In this document: one piece after another, positions 28,078-39,541 of the stretch
How the letters are laid out: each line of letters begins with the position of its first letter
Position numbering within the stretch: the first letter of the stretch is position 1
Assembly (NCBI GenBank): GCA_963707025.1
Contig: CAVPOM010000014.1
Coordinates: 128,001 to 192,000, forward strand
Length of the DNA: 64,000 nt
Origin: an uncultured Verrucomicrobiae bacterium
GTDB lineage: Bacteria; Verrucomicrobiota; Verrucomicrobiia; Limisphaerales; Palsa-1400
Reading direction: 5' to 3'
The notes under the pieces: model-generated
Seen by the model: the letters and a program-made list of their open reading frames with translations, nothing else
Told to the model about the DNA's origin: nothing
Database searches by the model: none
Translations under genes and position numbers: made by a program

Positions 28078-29553
28078 TCAGCGCGCCCCCTTCCCCAGCA
28101 ATACCACCGGGATGGTCAGCCAGAGAATCTTGATGTCCAGCCATAAAGACCAATGATCAATGTATTCCAAATCCAGCCGCACCCATTCCTTGAAATCGCT
28201 CACCTCATTGCGTCCGCCCACCTGCCAGAGGCAGGTCAAACCCGGCTTGACGCTGAGACGGCGGCGATGCGCCCAATCATCGAAACGGTTGACTTCTTCC
28301 ACCGGCAAAGGCCGCGGGCCGACCAGGCTCATATCCCCCATCAAGACGTTGAAAAGCTGGGGAAATTCATCAAAGCTAAACTTGCGCAGAAAACGTCCTA
28401 TCCTGGTCACGCGCGGATCGTTGGTCACCTTGAAAACCGGGCCGGACATCTCATTCAGGGACGCCAGTTCCTGTTTGAGCTGCTCCGCGTTGCTGACCAT
28501 GGACCGGAATTTGTACATCATGAACGGCTTGCCGTTCAGCCCCGCCCGCTTCTGCCGGAAAAAGACCGGGCCGGGGGATGTCAATTTAATGAGGATCGCG
28601 GCCAGGAAAAAAAGCGGCAAGGCAAAGACCAGCAGCAAAAGCGCTCCCATCACATCAATGAATTGCTTGACCAAGCCGGCCCAGGAGGCCAGTTGCGGCC
28701 CGGAATGGAACACCAGCATGGGCCGTCCGCAAAAATCATCAATGGTGGTTTGCGAAATCCGGGGTTGGAAGAAATCCGCCACCAGCCAGGCTTCGATGCC
28801 CTCCAGTTCACAGGCCTGAATGGCCTCTTCAATCCGCCCAAAAACCGTGTGCCGCGCGCTGAGCACCACGCTGTTGACCGAATGCTCATGCAGAAACGAA
28901 ACCAAATCACTCGTGCAGGTTGTGTTCAGATCAATCTGACCCACCACCTCCAGTTCCGGCTGGGCTATCCGCATATCCGCTCGCAAGCTGGCCGTTTCTG
29001 CCGGCTCTCCCACCAGAACCACTCGTTTGGTGAACTGGGCCGCGCCCAGCCGGCCCTTCCGGCCTCGCAGCACCAACTCTTCTTTGAGCGCCATCAGGCC
29101 GAAGCTGCAAAGCCCGAAAAGCACGAGCACGCCGCGCGCCTGCCCCCCCCGGACCAGCAGGACCGCCACGATCAGTCCAATCGTCGAAAGAAAGCAAGCC
29201 CTGGCCAATTGCCAGGCCTTCTTCCGCCGCGGGGCGAATATCGCCTGTTCGTAGAACCCCTGGGCTTCCAGAATGAACATCGCCATTGGAATCACCACCA
29301 AAAACAGCGGAAAGTATTCGGAAAAGGGACCGATGCTGTCGGGTTGGTAGGGAATCGCACCAGGCGTGACGCCGGCCAAATCGTAGCGGACAAAATGCGC
29401 CAAGCCCTTGACGATGCCCAATTCCCGCAAGCCCGACACGACAGCGTGCCAATGGAAGCGGATGAAATGCGCCAGCCATAATCCCAACGCAAACACCATC
29501 CCATCCACCAATTGGTGAACCTGAACCCGGATTTGGCGATCACGACGCAACAT
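28078..29553 (-). CDS. Priming undecaprenyl-phosphate glycosylphosphotransferase (WcaJ/WbaP family)
   Basis: N-terminal TMs; C-terminal [70 protein letters not shown]. Confidence 0.95.
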   Translation of the reverse strand: MLRRDRQIRVQVHQLVDGMVFALGLWLAHFIRFHWHAVVSGLRELGIVKGLAHFVRYDLAGVTPGAIPYQPDSIGPFSEYFPLFLVVIPMAMFILEAQGFYEQAIFAPRRKKAWQLARACFLSTIGLIVAVLLVRGGQARGVLVLFGLCSFGLMALKEELVLRGRKGRLGAAQFTKRVVLVGEPAETASLRADMRIAQPELEVVGQIDLNTTCTSDLVSFLHEHSVNSVVLSARHTVFGRIEEAIQACELEGIEAWLVADFFQPRISQTTIDDFCGRPMLVFHSGPQLASWAGLVKQFIDVMGALLLLVFALPLFFLAAILIKLTSPGPVFFRQKRAGLNGKPFMMYKFRSMVSNAEQLKQELASLNEMSGPVFKVTNDPRVTRIGRFLRKFSFDEFPQLFNVLMGDMSLVGPRPLPVEEVNRFDDWAHRRRLSVKPGLTCLWQVGGRNEVSDFKEWVRLDLEYIDHWSLWLDIKILWLTIPVVLLGKGAR

Positions 29554-29631
29554 TTTGATTGTCTTAACTGATTCAGCGCCAGCACCATGGAGCACGCCCA
29601 CTTGGCTGGAAATGATTTAGCCAGCTACCCG

Positions 29632-30384
29632 TCATTTTCTAGCCTTCCCTGGCGTGGCGGAACCAATCCGCTCGCCCGTCACGGTTTGAAATTCAGGCAC
29701 GGACTCTTTAATGAACTTCTGCAATCGGTCCAACGTATCAGATTCCGCCCCCGGGTGGCAAGTAGTAAAAAAGCTGATGTAAGCCCATCGCTCGGTCACC
29801 CCTTTTTGCAGGACGGTTTTGCACATGGACCACAGCCGCGAGCCTTCTTCGGAGGTGATTTTGTCCCCGGAAACAAACCAGTAAACATAAATGCACTGGA
29901 TCCTCTGCCCATTGGTCAACGCACGGGTGGCGCTGAGCTTGATCGCCGGGATGTCGTAGGCATACGGACGTTCCATGCGCAAGTCAATCCGCTCCGTATT
30001 GGTGACCGACCAGTTCTGCGCATAAAGGCAGTATTGCGGCTGGTGAATGCTGGTGTGGTCCCTCCCCATCAATACCACGGTGGCCTGAACCCAAAAGCCG
30101 TTGTTCGTGTAATAGCGCCGCCCAAAAGTGGTGTCTTGGGGCAAGCCCGTTAATTCCTCAGCCGTAGGGCCCATCGCCTGGGATTCAAATCCTGGCACAT
30201 GGGCCGGCAGAACCACGCTCCGAGGCAAAACCAGGCGGTCATCAGGTCCATAAAGCGCCGCCGGATACACCTTGACCCCAGGCGCGCCCAAGTTGACCCG
30301 CCCGCGCAGTTCCGTCAACCATCCCGCCGTGGCGGCGATCATGCCCAGCGCCACGCCAACCACCACCCACTGGCCGCGCTTCAT
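29632..30384 (-). CDS. epsI: Exosortase-associated EpsI family protein
   Basis: ATGA overlap with exosortase stop; N-terminal TM; SIHQPQYCL..Q.W and YVYWF motifs. The 529-aa ORF-track version is over-extended. Confidence 0.85.
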   Translation of the reverse strand: MKRGQWVVVGVALGMIAATAGWLTELRGRVNLGAPGVKVYPAALYGPDDRLVLPRSVVLPAHVPGFESQAMGPTAEELTGLPQDTTFGRRYYTNNGFWVQATVVLMGRDHTSIHQPQYCLYAQNWSVTNTERIDLRMERPYAYDIPAIKLSATRALTNGQRIQCIYVYWFVSGDKITSEEGSRLWSMCKTVLQKGVTERWAYISFFTTCHPGAESDTLDRLQKFIKESVPEFQTVTGERIGSATPGKARK

Positions 30385-31334
30385 GGCGGGACGGATAACG
30401 CTTTCTCCCTGAGCCACCGCCCGGCCAGCAGAAGTATCCCAAGCCCGATCATGTAGGTCACGAACCCAAACCAATGATCCACGAAATCCCCCGCGGCCTG
30501 GCTCTGGAACGCCGTCGCCGCCAGAATGATCGTGCTCAACCGCACCACATTGCAAATCAGCGCTATCGGGACAGTCAACACTATCATTATGGCCCGTTTC
30601 CAAAACGATCTCATTGTCAACACCGAGAAAATGGTCGAGATCGCCAGCAAGGCAAGGAAACTCCGGATGCCGCTGCATTCCGCCGCCACTTCGTAATGCC
30701 AGCGAGCGTGGGAATCCAGCAGCTCTGTCCCGATGCGCGTGACATCTATCTCCAACACGTTGTGCGTGATGAACATCGTCAGCATCGCGGCCAACTTCCG
30801 CAAGGGCAGCGTCAGCCCTTGCGCGAAGGTCCCCCCCATGGGCACGCAAAATGCAAAAATGAAAAACGGGAAGAAAGTGACCTTCCAGGTCTCCCATCCC
30901 CACACCAGCCCGACCAATCCCCAGGCCCCGAAGAAAAATGCCACCATGGACAAGCGCGGCTGTTGCACCACGAAACCGGCCACATGCAGCGCCAGCGCCA
31001 AACCCACCGCCAGCAAACCCGGCCACCAAACGGCGGCGACCGATTTGGCCAGCCGCTCCCGTCTGAACCAAAGGACTCCCAGCACCACCAACGGGATCAA
31101 TTTCCCGTGGCTGGCATCGTTGGATGGATCGTCCCACTTGCCCCACATCCAGGCGAACAAGGAATCCGTCCGCCCCACAGCGGCCGTGGTCCAGCCATAA
31201 TACTGGAACAGCAAAACCCAAGCCGCCAAGAGCGCTCCGAGGACCGCTTTGTCCGGCAGCGCGCCCCAGCAGCGCTGGAACTCCGCTATGAACCCTTCCC
31301 TGGAGGGTGTTTCCATTCTTACGCTCGCATCCAT
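30381..31334 (-). CDS. Exosortase (EpsH family transpeptidase)
   Basis: Multi-TM; SHGKLIP; catalytic triad context EVAAECSGIRS, NVVR, FVDHWFG. Confidence 0.93.
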   Translation of the reverse strand: MDASVRMETPSREGFIAEFQRCWGALPDKAVLGALLAAWVLLFQYYGWTTAAVGRTDSLFAWMWGKWDDPSNDASHGKLIPLVVLGVLWFRRERLAKSVAAVWWPGLLAVGLALALHVAGFVVQQPRLSMVAFFFGAWGLVGLVWGWETWKVTFFPFFIFAFCVPMGGTFAQGLTLPLRKLAAMLTMFITHNVLEIDVTRIGTELLDSHARWHYEVAAECSGIRSFLALLAISTIFSVLTMRSFWKRAIMIVLTVPIALICNVVRLSTIILAATAFQSQAAGDFVDHWFGFVTYMIGLGILLLAGRWLREKALSVPP

Positions 31335-31730
31335 TGAGTTTCAGACATGCTTCCGCGCCATTCAGTTCAAGATCGCCAAGTCATCTGGTGGATTGAAGCC
31401 GAACCATCGCTCCCCAAGTTCAACGGCTCCGCCACATCGCTGGCCGGAATGGCTTTGCTGCCTTTCAGGCAATCACCAATAACCCCCCTCGGCTCCTCAC
31501 ACAACGACTTTGTTGGAATTCACCAACAGGAACCGCGCCGTAAAGGATTTGCCCGGTTATGCAATCGGAAGCTTTTTCCTCCCAAACCGTGCCCACGGGC
31601 TGCCTCCGATGATGCATCCGATAATTATTCCTCGACCTGGTGCCCCTGCGCCAATGACCGGCAGGCCGGCATGTGGAACTGGCCCGCCGCCCGCCAGAAT
31701 CATGCTGGCGTGGCGATCCACTCGTTTCGC

Positions 31731-33629
31731 TCAATTATGCTTGCTCTGCGCTCCGGCAAAATGGACGACATACCAAGCATCTTCGCCGCCGCTCGCCGTG
31801 GACGCGATCATCTCCCGGGCCACGACGGTGCCCCCGGTCCGCCTCACCCACCAATCAAAGGGCTTTCCAATGGCCTCTTCAAGAGCCTGCTGCCTGACCG
31901 CCACCCATTCCATGTCGGGAGGCCGCCAGAGGTCAATTCCCACCAATTCCCGCACCCGCCTTCTTCCATAAGGCTGCCACAACGAGGTCTCGGCGCCACC
32001 CATCTCTTCGATCACCCCGAATGTCAGCACCTCATTCGGAATATGGCGCCGCACAGGAGCCAAAAACGAATTCCTTTTCCGATAAACAGAGTAAACCCTT
32101 TGCGCGCGCACAATTTCCGAATTGTGCGGAAACTCCATGGCAAGCCAGTCACAGACCCGGCCGGCAGGCCAGAGCGGCCGCAACGGCGTCAACACCAGCG
32201 CCAACAGCGTGGCCGCAGTGGACAGCAGGCCGAGGATTTTCCAGCACGGCCGTCTCACCAACCCCGTCTGCCCGCGCATCCGCAAGATGGGGAGAACCAG
32301 CAACGGATAGTAGGCTGCCACCAGGCGGCTCGTGGCTTCGCTGCCAGCCTTCGTCATATACACAATCAAGGCAAGCCATGCCGTGATGCCGATCCACTTG
32401 CCAACCGCCCGGCGCGCCGGATCTACCACCGGCCAGCCCTTGCGCCACCGCAAAAAAACCGCCGCCAAAAGCACCGTAATACCAAGGCCCAGCCCTGAGG
32501 CTTCCTCCTGGGGCAATTCTCCAAACCCCCATATAAATCGGGGGAAATCGCGTTTCAATAAATCCATCAAATGGTCGGGAGCATGGTCCGCCATCCAGCC
32601 TGAGACGTTTCGCGCGTAAGGGAAAATCGGCGGTGCAACCATCCCCTCCGCCATCTGCAGGCTGTTCCCGACAATTCCCGCCAACGGCTTTTTAATTTGG
32701 GCTTGCATGATGTTAGCCGGGTCGCCTCCCCAATGGCCTGTATAGATCGTGTTCAGCACCGCGCTGGGACCAAACGAGACCACGGCGCTGAACAATAGCA
32801 TCACCACGCCAAAGACCAGCCGCGAACGCAGCAACCCCAGGGCGGGCCACACCGCCACGGCAATGGGAAGCAACAATGGCAAATTCAACACCTTGTCTCC
32901 AGTGGCCAGCCCGGCCGCGAGAAACGCCAGACACAAATGTTCCACCCGGCCGCTCTTCCGCGCCCGGAAGGCAAAATGAATCGCCGCCAAAACATAGCAG
33001 GCCGCCAGCGCGTCATTCCCGATGCTGCCCGCCTGCATGATATAGCAGAACCCCATCGGCAGCAGCCACATCCAGGCCCAGGCCACTCGCGCCGCCACGC
33101 CCGCGCCAGCCAAGACGCTGTAGAGCAGCCCCGGCATCAGGAGAAACCCGGCGATGTTGATCAAAAACAGCAGGCGATCACTGTGAGTCAGCACCAGCAT
33201 CGGCATCATCAGCCACTCAAAGCCGACCGCGCTATAATTCATCGGCGGCACCGCGGTGTGGATCCAATGCCAGGCCGAATGATCCCACCACATCAGCACG
33301 CGCGGCAGGCGATAGGTCAGCGCGTCGTAATTGTTCGGAGCATAAAGCGCCCCTCCTAGAAAAGCCCCCAGCGCGGCCAACAGAAACAACATCGGAAAAA
33401 CCCGCCGGAAACGGCGGGCATAACGACTCCAATCCTGACGAGCCAATTTGAGCCGCCCCCCCAAGGTGCCCTGCCACCACCGCTTGCCCCAGAGCGCGAC
33501 GGCGCCACCCGTCACCCCAAAAAAAACCAAGTAACCAACCGCATTGAGTTGTCCCAGCATGGACAACGTCCAGCCTGCCAGAACGCACATCCCCTGCAAT
33601 AAAAGCCAGATTCCAATCAGATTTGACAT
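31731..33629 (-). CDS. GT-C superfamily integral membrane glycosyltransferase
   Basis: >10 TM segments; first-loop motif PNNYDALTYRLPRV; GND and LATGDK motifs resembling ArnT/PMT-like enzymes. Confidence 0.7.
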   Translation of the reverse strand: MSNLIGIWLLLQGMCVLAGWTLSMLGQLNAVGYLVFFGVTGGAVALWGKRWWQGTLGGRLKLARQDWSRYARRFRRVFPMLFLLAALGAFLGGALYAPNNYDALTYRLPRVLMWWDHSAWHWIHTAVPPMNYSAVGFEWLMMPMLVLTHSDRLLFLINIAGFLLMPGLLYSVLAGAGVAARVAWAWMWLLPMGFCYIMQAGSIGNDALAACYVLAAIHFAFRARKSGRVEHLCLAFLAAGLATGDKVLNLPLLLPIAVAVWPALGLLRSRLVFGVVMLLFSAVVSFGPSAVLNTIYTGHWGGDPANIMQAQIKKPLAGIVGNSLQMAEGMVAPPIFPYARNVSGWMADHAPDHLMDLLKRDFPRFIWGFGELPQEEASGLGLGITVLLAAVFLRWRKGWPVVDPARRAVGKWIGITAWLALIVYMTKAGSEATSRLVAAYYPLLVLPILRMRGQTGLVRRPCWKILGLLSTAATLLALVLTPLRPLWPAGRVCDWLAMEFPHNSEIVRAQRVYSVYRKRNSFLAPVRRHIPNEVLTFGVIEEMGGAETSLWQPYGRRRVRELVGIDLWRPPDMEWVAVRQQALEEAIGKPFDWWVRRTGGTVVAREMIASTASGGEDAWYVVHFAGAQSKHN

Positions 33630-33661
33630 GCTCAATGCCGATAAATCAATATCGTCCCGGG

Positions 33662-35161
33662 TCACTCCTTCGATTCTCTTGCCTCCCAGATGTTGAAGGC
33701 CGGGAACACCGCCGCCAAATGAAAGCCGTGCCCGGAGATGTAGCGCGCCATCCCTCCCGCGGCGTCGAACAGGTCCGGCTTGGAGGCCACGATCATTTGT
33801 GGCGCCGGCCAGCCAGCCAGGGTCTCGGCCGGGAGATTGTTCACCAATAGCGCCTGGCCTAGAGTGGGCTGGGAATCGCTCAACGGCAGGTGGTAATACC
33901 AAGCGCCAACTTGGTCGGCATTCCACCAAACGGTCCGCCGTTCCGACAGAGCTGCCATGGCCAATTTCGACGCTCTGCGGTAGTCATCCTTGGCTTGTCC
34001 ATAGTCGAACCGGACCATCAGCGAGGAGCACAAGCTCAAGGCCAAAAAGGCCGTCACCATCGCTTTTCCCATCCAGCCAGGTTGGCCGGCCAGCGCCACC
34101 ACGCCGCTGGCCATCCAGAAAAACCAGACGACCGCCAGCGGCGCGCTGTGCCGCCCCAACAGGCGGAAGTGCATCAGCACGCCGAGCGCCGACAAAAAGA
34201 CCCACGGCAAGGCAACCGCAATTGACAGGCCGGCCATTTTTCGGGGCGATTGCCGCCAAAACTCTTTCAGCCCAAAGTACAAGATAGCCGTCAGCGCCAC
34301 CGCGTAACATGCCAGGCCCGGCAGGTACGGCAACAAAGCACGGATGCCGCCAGCCCGCAATGCCGTGCGCCCCGGTCCCAACCCGCCGAAACCAAACTGC
34401 TCATAGACGATAAACAAGGTGGTTCGCCAATCGGTTGAGGCGATAGCGGTGACGCGGGCGCCTTGCCGCACCGTCCACACATAATAACAGCCCAGCGCGG
34501 CGAGGGCGGCCGTCAACAGTATCCACCCGATCCGCCACCGCCGCCACCAGCCGAGCAATCGTTCCGCCGGGAAGAGCACCCAGGCGGCGCCCAGCGCCGC
34601 CGAGGCCCAGACCATCCCCAACATGCTGCTGGTGCAAACCGTCAACAACCCAAACACAAACACCCCAAGCCATCTTCCCTCCTTCTCTGCCGGGACGGTC
34701 ACGGAAGCCAGCCGATGGAGCGCCGCCACGACCATGCAACTGCCGCCCAATAGCATCGAATAGGCCCGCGCCTCATTGGCATAGTACCATAAAAACGCGT
34801 TGGTGGCGACGACCAGCACGCCGGCCAAACGACCCTGCCACTGGGGAAAGCTCACGGCAAAGGCCACCAGGCCCGGCACCAGCCACAGTGTTCCGGCCAG
34901 GCGCAGCGCGTATTCTCCCATCCCAAACACTTTTGCGAACGCCCAGATATAGAGGGAGTACAGCGGCATTTGCACCTCGGTCCTCCCGGACGTGGAGTTA
35001 AAATGCCACCATTGGCCAAGCGTGTGCGGGGAAGCCCCGTATGCCGTGCCCGCTTCGTCAAGCCAGAAACTGCCCGCCGTCACTGCCGCCAGCGCGAAAA
35101 GGACAAAGAAAACCGTCAATGCCCACGGTCGCAAGAACACCGGGGGAACATTGAGATTCAT
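33662..35161 (-). CDS. GT-C superfamily (PMT_2/GT39-like) membrane glycosyltransferase
   Basis: SFWLDEA after TM1, PLYSL, GEYALRL, YANEARAYS; many TMs. Confidence 0.82.
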   Translation of the reverse strand: MNLNVPPVFLRPWALTVFFVLFALAAVTAGSFWLDEAGTAYGASPHTLGQWWHFNSTSGRTEVQMPLYSLYIWAFAKVFGMGEYALRLAGTLWLVPGLVAFAVSFPQWQGRLAGVLVVATNAFLWYYANEARAYSMLLGGSCMVVAALHRLASVTVPAEKEGRWLGVFVFGLLTVCTSSMLGMVWASAALGAAWVLFPAERLLGWWRRWRIGWILLTAALAALGCYYVWTVRQGARVTAIASTDWRTTLFIVYEQFGFGGLGPGRTALRAGGIRALLPYLPGLACYAVALTAILYFGLKEFWRQSPRKMAGLSIAVALPWVFLSALGVLMHFRLLGRHSAPLAVVWFFWMASGVVALAGQPGWMGKAMVTAFLALSLCSSLMVRFDYGQAKDDYRRASKLAMAALSERRTVWWNADQVGAWYYHLPLSDSQPTLGQALLVNNLPAETLAGWPAPQMIVASKPDLFDAAGGMARYISGHGFHLAAVFPAFNIWEARESKE

Positions 35162-35261
35162 CTCCGTCGCTGAATTTATGTAGCTGTTCAGGCAGGCCTT
35201 TTCGTTTGGCCGACAGGCAATGTGAGGGTCGCGGGGGCCGGGAAGCAAGTCAAAAACAGTT

Positions 35262-36053
35262 TCAATTCAACGGGTATTTTCTCAGACCGGCCCATTGGCA
35301 AAAAATTCGGACGACAAACAACGGATTATTTTTCAAGTAACGTTTCCACAGCCGGCGCGGTTCGCAGACCAGCCGGAAAAGCCATTCCAGCCCGGACCGC
35401 CGCATCCAGCGCGGGGCCTGCCGCACCCGCCCCGCATGAAAATCAAAGGCCGCCCCGACCCCCGCCATCAAAGTCACCTCCAACTGCTCCAGATACTCGG
35501 CCATGAATCTCTCTTGCTTGGGCGTGCTCAAACCGACCCACATCACGTCCGGCCGGGCTTGCCGGATCAGTTTTTTCAATGCCTCCTGCTCCTCCGCGTT
35601 CAAAGGTCGGAACGGCGGCTGGTAAGTTCCAGCGATCTGCAGCTTGGGAAAACGTTTCCCCAACTGTTCCCGCATGGCCTCCGCCGCCCCGTCGGCCCCG
35701 CCGTAGAAAAAATGCCGGTAGCCTTTCTTCTCCGAAACCTCCAGCACCGCCAGCATCAAATCCGGCCCATAAACCCGGCCCATCTCTTTGCGCCCCTGCC
35801 ATCGCCCCACCCAGACCAGCGGCATGCCATCGGGCGTGCAAAGAAAAGCCCGGTTTAAGATCTGCCGGAAATCCTCGTCCGATTGCGCCTCCGAAACCCC
35901 ATGCACCCCCGTGACACAAATGTACCCTTTCTCCCTCCGCTCCAGCGCGCCCGCAATCGCCTCCAGCGCCAGGTCCATGTTGATCGCGCTCACCCCCACC
36001 CCCAGAACATTGACCCGCCCAATGGCAGCACCGTGGTCGCTTGAAACATTCAT
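35262..36053 (-). CDS. WecB/TagA/CpsF family glycosyltransferase (GT26)
   Basis: PDGMPLVW, RVYGPDL, PPFRPL, WVGLSTPKQE, GVGAAFDF, APRWM..GLEWLFRL..EPRRLWKRY. Confidence 0.95.
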   Translation of the reverse strand: MNVSSDHGAAIGRVNVLGVGVSAINMDLALEAIAGALERREKGYICVTGVHGVSEAQSDEDFRQILNRAFLCTPDGMPLVWVGRWQGRKEMGRVYGPDLMLAVLEVSEKKGYRHFFYGGADGAAEAMREQLGKRFPKLQIAGTYQPPFRPLNAEEQEALKKLIRQARPDVMWVGLSTPKQERFMAEYLEQLEVTLMAGVGAAFDFHAGRVRQAPRWMRRSGLEWLFRLVCEPRRLWKRYLKNNPLFVVRIFCQWAGLRKYPLN

Positions 36054-36223
36054 TTGGACGGCGCGGCCGCATTCAGATGTTTGACCGAGCGGGCCGCGTC
36101 ATACGACATCGAGTTGGGTGCCTGGAACCTTGAACACGAGCGCAACACGGCGCCCAAACTATTTCCTCCAAACGCCAAAGTCAATGCCCGCGCGCTTTAC
36201 AAAACCCGCCGCGGGACAATACC

Positions 36224-37377
36224 ATGAGGCAAATGATGAGTTCCGCAGCCCGTTCTGATTCACCCACAGAAGCGCCGCCAAAAGAAATCTCGCTCACTTA
36301 TTCGCTGGCCGACCAATCCTTTGTCCGCACCAAGTCGGTGGGCATCTTCAACGTGTCGCTGGATCTTTTGCGGGTGCTCGCCCGGCGGCCGGAACTGCCT
36401 CGCCTGATGGTGTTGGCCAATAGTTCCGTCAGAGAAAAGCTCAAGCTGCCCGCCACCAGCCGCGCCCAGATTCACGATGTGGCGGTCCGTGGCATTCTGG
36501 GACGGATGTGGTGGGATCAGTTCGCTGCTTACGCCGCCGCGCGGCGCTCGGGCAACGAATGGCTGCTGCTCCCCAAAGGCTTTGCCTCCTTCGCCCGGCG
36601 GTGCCCGGTGCGGCTGGCTCCCCTTATCCACGATGTGGTGCAAGACCATTACGACCGCCATTATCCTGGCGAGGGGTCCAGATTTGAGGCGGCCTATTTT
36701 CGCGCCGCCTTTCGCGCCTCCCTGCGCCAGGCGGACGTAATTTTCACGCCCACCCAATTCACCAGCCGCGAAGTCGCGCGTGTGGCCCGGGAAAAAGCCT
36801 GGCCCTTCCTCCTCTGGTCTGCTGCGGCGAAGGCTTCGACCGGCCGGCCGCGCCGCCCGTCGCAGAACGCCGCGATGTCGTTGTGCTGGCCAGCCGCTTT
36901 CCACACAAGCTCACCCTCCGGGCTGTGGATTTTTTTTCGCGCTGGCGCCGGGACAATCTCTCCGGCGATTCCGTTCACTGGATCGGTTCGTTTCCGCCCC
37001 AACTGGAACTGCCCGGCCTCCCTGGATTCCGACGGCACCCGCGCCTGGCGGAAACAGAATTCCGCGAGCTGATGGGCCGCGCGCGCGTCGTCCTCTTTTT
37101 CTCCGAATACGAGGGCTTCGGACGCCCGCCCGTCGAAGCGGTTCTGGCGGGGGCGTGTCCTGTTTATTCCGACATTCCCGCCACACGCGAAGTGATGAGC
37201 GGTTGCGGTTTCCCGTTCGACAATGCCGACTACCAGAGTTTCGCCGCGGCGCTCCGCCAGGCGCTGGCCGCCGCTCCGGCACAACTCCGGGTTTGGGCCG
37301 ATGAGTTGCTGGCCCTCCACAATTGGGACGCGGTCGCTGGTCGCATTGTTGTCGCGTTGAGCCAGCGTCGTCTCTAA
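36224..37377 (+). CDS. GT4 family glycosyltransferase; one frameshift near 36803-36810
   Basis: ORF 36224..37072 gives the N-terminal domain (IHDVV, ADVIFTPTQFT); shifting frame gives PPLVCCGEGFD.. into ORF 36883..37377 with PHK and SEYEGFGRPPVEA..G.PVYSDIP. Confidence 0.8.
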
Positions 37378-37474
37378 ATCCCGGCCTTTCTCTTTCTTCC
37401 TCCACTTTGCGTCTCAGTCCTCCCCTTCCTCCTTGACGCGTTGGAATTCCCCATTATCTTCGCCAGACCACTTC

Positions 37475-38728
37475 ATGAAACCGATCCAATCCATTTCCGT
37501 CTTCGGTCTGGGCAAGCTCGGCGCCTGCATGGCCGCCACCTTCGCCGCCAGGGGTTTTCCAGTGCTTGGGGTTGATGTTGATCCCGCCAAAATCCAGAAA
37601 ATCAACGCCGGCCTTCCTCCCGTCGCGGAACCGCTCCTGGCGGAGACCATCACCGCCGGTCACGCCCGCCTTCGCGCCACCGACGACGTCCGCCAGGCCG
37701 CCGCCACCGACGTTTCCTTTTTCATCCCCCCTTCCCCCAGTTTGCCCGATGGCAGCTTTTCCAACGAATTGCTCCTGCGCGCCATGCAATCGGCCGCCCA
37801 GGCCGTGCGCCAGGCCGGCAAAAAACAACACCTCTTTGTCTGTAGCTCCACCACCACCCCCGGCGCCATGAATTCGGTCCTGATCCCGATGCTCGAAAAA
37901 GAAACCGGCGGGGTTTGCGGAAAGGATTTTGGCGTCTGTTACAATCCCGAATTCATCGCCTTGGGCAACGTCGTCAACGGCCTGCTCGAACCCGACCTGG
38001 TCCTCATCGGCGAATCCGACCCGGCCAGCGGCGCCGCGTTGGCGGAACTTTACAGAAAATACAACCGCAACCAGCCCAAAATCGCCCGCATGTCCATCAT
38101 CAGCGCGGAACTCACCAAAATCTCCGTCAACAGTTACATCACCATGAAGATCAGCTTTACCAACCAGTTGCGGTTGATCGCTGACAAACTTCCCAAAGCC
38201 GACATCCACGACATCCTCGCTGCCATCGGCAGCGACAGCCGCATCGGCAACAAATACCTGCGCGCCGGCCTCAGTTATGGCGGTCCCTGCTTCCCGCGCG
38301 ACAATCGTCTGCTCGCCTTCACCGCCCGCCAATTGGGACTGACCGCCCCGCTGGCCGAAGCCTCTGACCTTGTCAATGAAAAGACCAAAGAATCCTTGGT
38401 GGAAACCGTCAAGGCCCTCACCCAACCCGGAGACACCGTCGCCGTTTTGGGCCTGGCCTACAAGCCCGACACCTATATCGTCGAGGAATCAGCCGGGCTC
38501 CACCTGGCCCAACACCTCCAGCGCCAGGGCCGCCGGGTGCTTGTCCATGACTACGCCGCCGCGCCTGCCAACAGTCCCAGCCTGTTCGAGTTTGAAATCC
38601 TTGACCAGCCGGAGTCGTTGCCGGAACGCGGCGACGTCAAGGTGGCCGTGCTCTGCTGCCCCTGGCCGGGGTACAAGGCCCTCCAGTTTCATCCCCACAC
38701 CAAGGTCATTGCCCCCTGGAAAATCTAA
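37475..38728 (+). CDS. UDP-glucose/GDP-mannose dehydrogenase family protein
   Basis: VFGLGKLG, YNPEFIA, AELTKISVN, KISFTN, YGGPCFPRD, LGLAYKPDT. Confidence 0.93.
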   Translation: MKPIQSISVFGLGKLGACMAATFAARGFPVLGVDVDPAKIQKINAGLPPVAEPLLAETITAGHARLRATDDVRQAAATDVSFFIPPSPSLPDGSFSNELLLRAMQSAAQAVRQAGKKQHLFVCSSTTTPGAMNSVLIPMLEKETGGVCGKDFGVCYNPEFIALGNVVNGLLEPDLVLIGESDPASGAALAELYRKYNRNQPKIARMSIISAELTKISVNSYITMKISFTNQLRLIADKLPKADIHDILAAIGSDSRIGNKYLRAGLSYGGPCFPRDNRLLAFTARQLGLTAPLAEASDLVNEKTKESLVETVKALTQPGDTVAVLGLAYKPDTYIVEESAGLHLAQHLQRQGRRVLVHDYAAAPANSPSLFEFEILDQPESLPERGDVKVAVLCCPWPGYKALQFHPHTKVIAPWKI

Positions 38729-38796
38729 AGGTATTGGATTGCCCCTCAGGAGCATCTCCCTTATACCATTCTTCAAACATCGGACTGAGATCAACC

Positions 38797-39525
38797 GTGG
38801 ACATCCAACAAGCTCATCAGAACTGGACAGAACTGGGCAAGGACGATCCCATGTGGGTCGTGCTGACCGTTCCCGAAAAAAAGGGCGGCAAATGGACGGC
38901 CGAAGAGTTCTTTCAAGATGGCCGCGAAGAAATCCGGCGGGTGGTAAAAGAACTGGAGGATGCAGGCATTGCATTTCAACCGGGAAAGGCCCTGGATTTC
39001 GGTTGCGGGCTGGGCCGCCTCACCCAGGCACTGGCCAATTATTTCTCATCGGTTGATGGCGTTGACATCTCCGCCTCGATGATCGAAAAAGCCCGCGCCT
39101 TCAACCAGGCCCCCGAAAAGGTTCGTTATCACCTCAATCTCAAGGCCGACTTGAGCGCGTTTCCATCGGCCACTTATGACTTCATCTACACGCGTATATG
39201 CCTCCAGCACATTCCCGCCCAATACCAACTGAGCTATATCTCCGAGTTCATGCGCCTGCTCAAGCCGGGTGGCGTCGCCCATTTTCAAACCATCCACGCC
39301 CGCGGCCTTCGCGCCCTGGTTCCCAATTGGTTCACCGAGGTTTACCGCAAGTTCAAATACCGGGGCAAACCGTTTATTCCGATGTATGGCGTGTCCGCCC
39401 GGCTCGTTTTGCACGCCATCAAAGCCGGAGGCGCCGTCCTCAAAAGGCATGAACCATCCCCCTACGAAGGATGGGAAAACCGATTCCGCAACGACAACTT
39501 CGTGGTTGTCAAACAAACTTCCTGA
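38797..39525 (+). CDS. Class I SAM-dependent methyltransferase
   Basis: ALDFGCGLGR, GVDISASMI, LQHIP, RLLKPGG; probable GTG start. Confidence 0.9.
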   Translation: MDIQQAHQNWTELGKDDPMWVVLTVPEKKGGKWTAEEFFQDGREEIRRVVKELEDAGIAFQPGKALDFGCGLGRLTQALANYFSSVDGVDISASMIEKARAFNQAPEKVRYHLNLKADLSAFPSATYDFIYTRICLQHIPAQYQLSYISEFMRLLKPGGVAHFQTIHARGLRALVPNWFTEVYRKFKYRGKPFIPMYGVSARLVLHAIKAGGAVLKRHEPSPYEGWENRFRNDNFVVVKQTS

Positions 39526-39541
39526 GTCTTTTCAGAACCTG

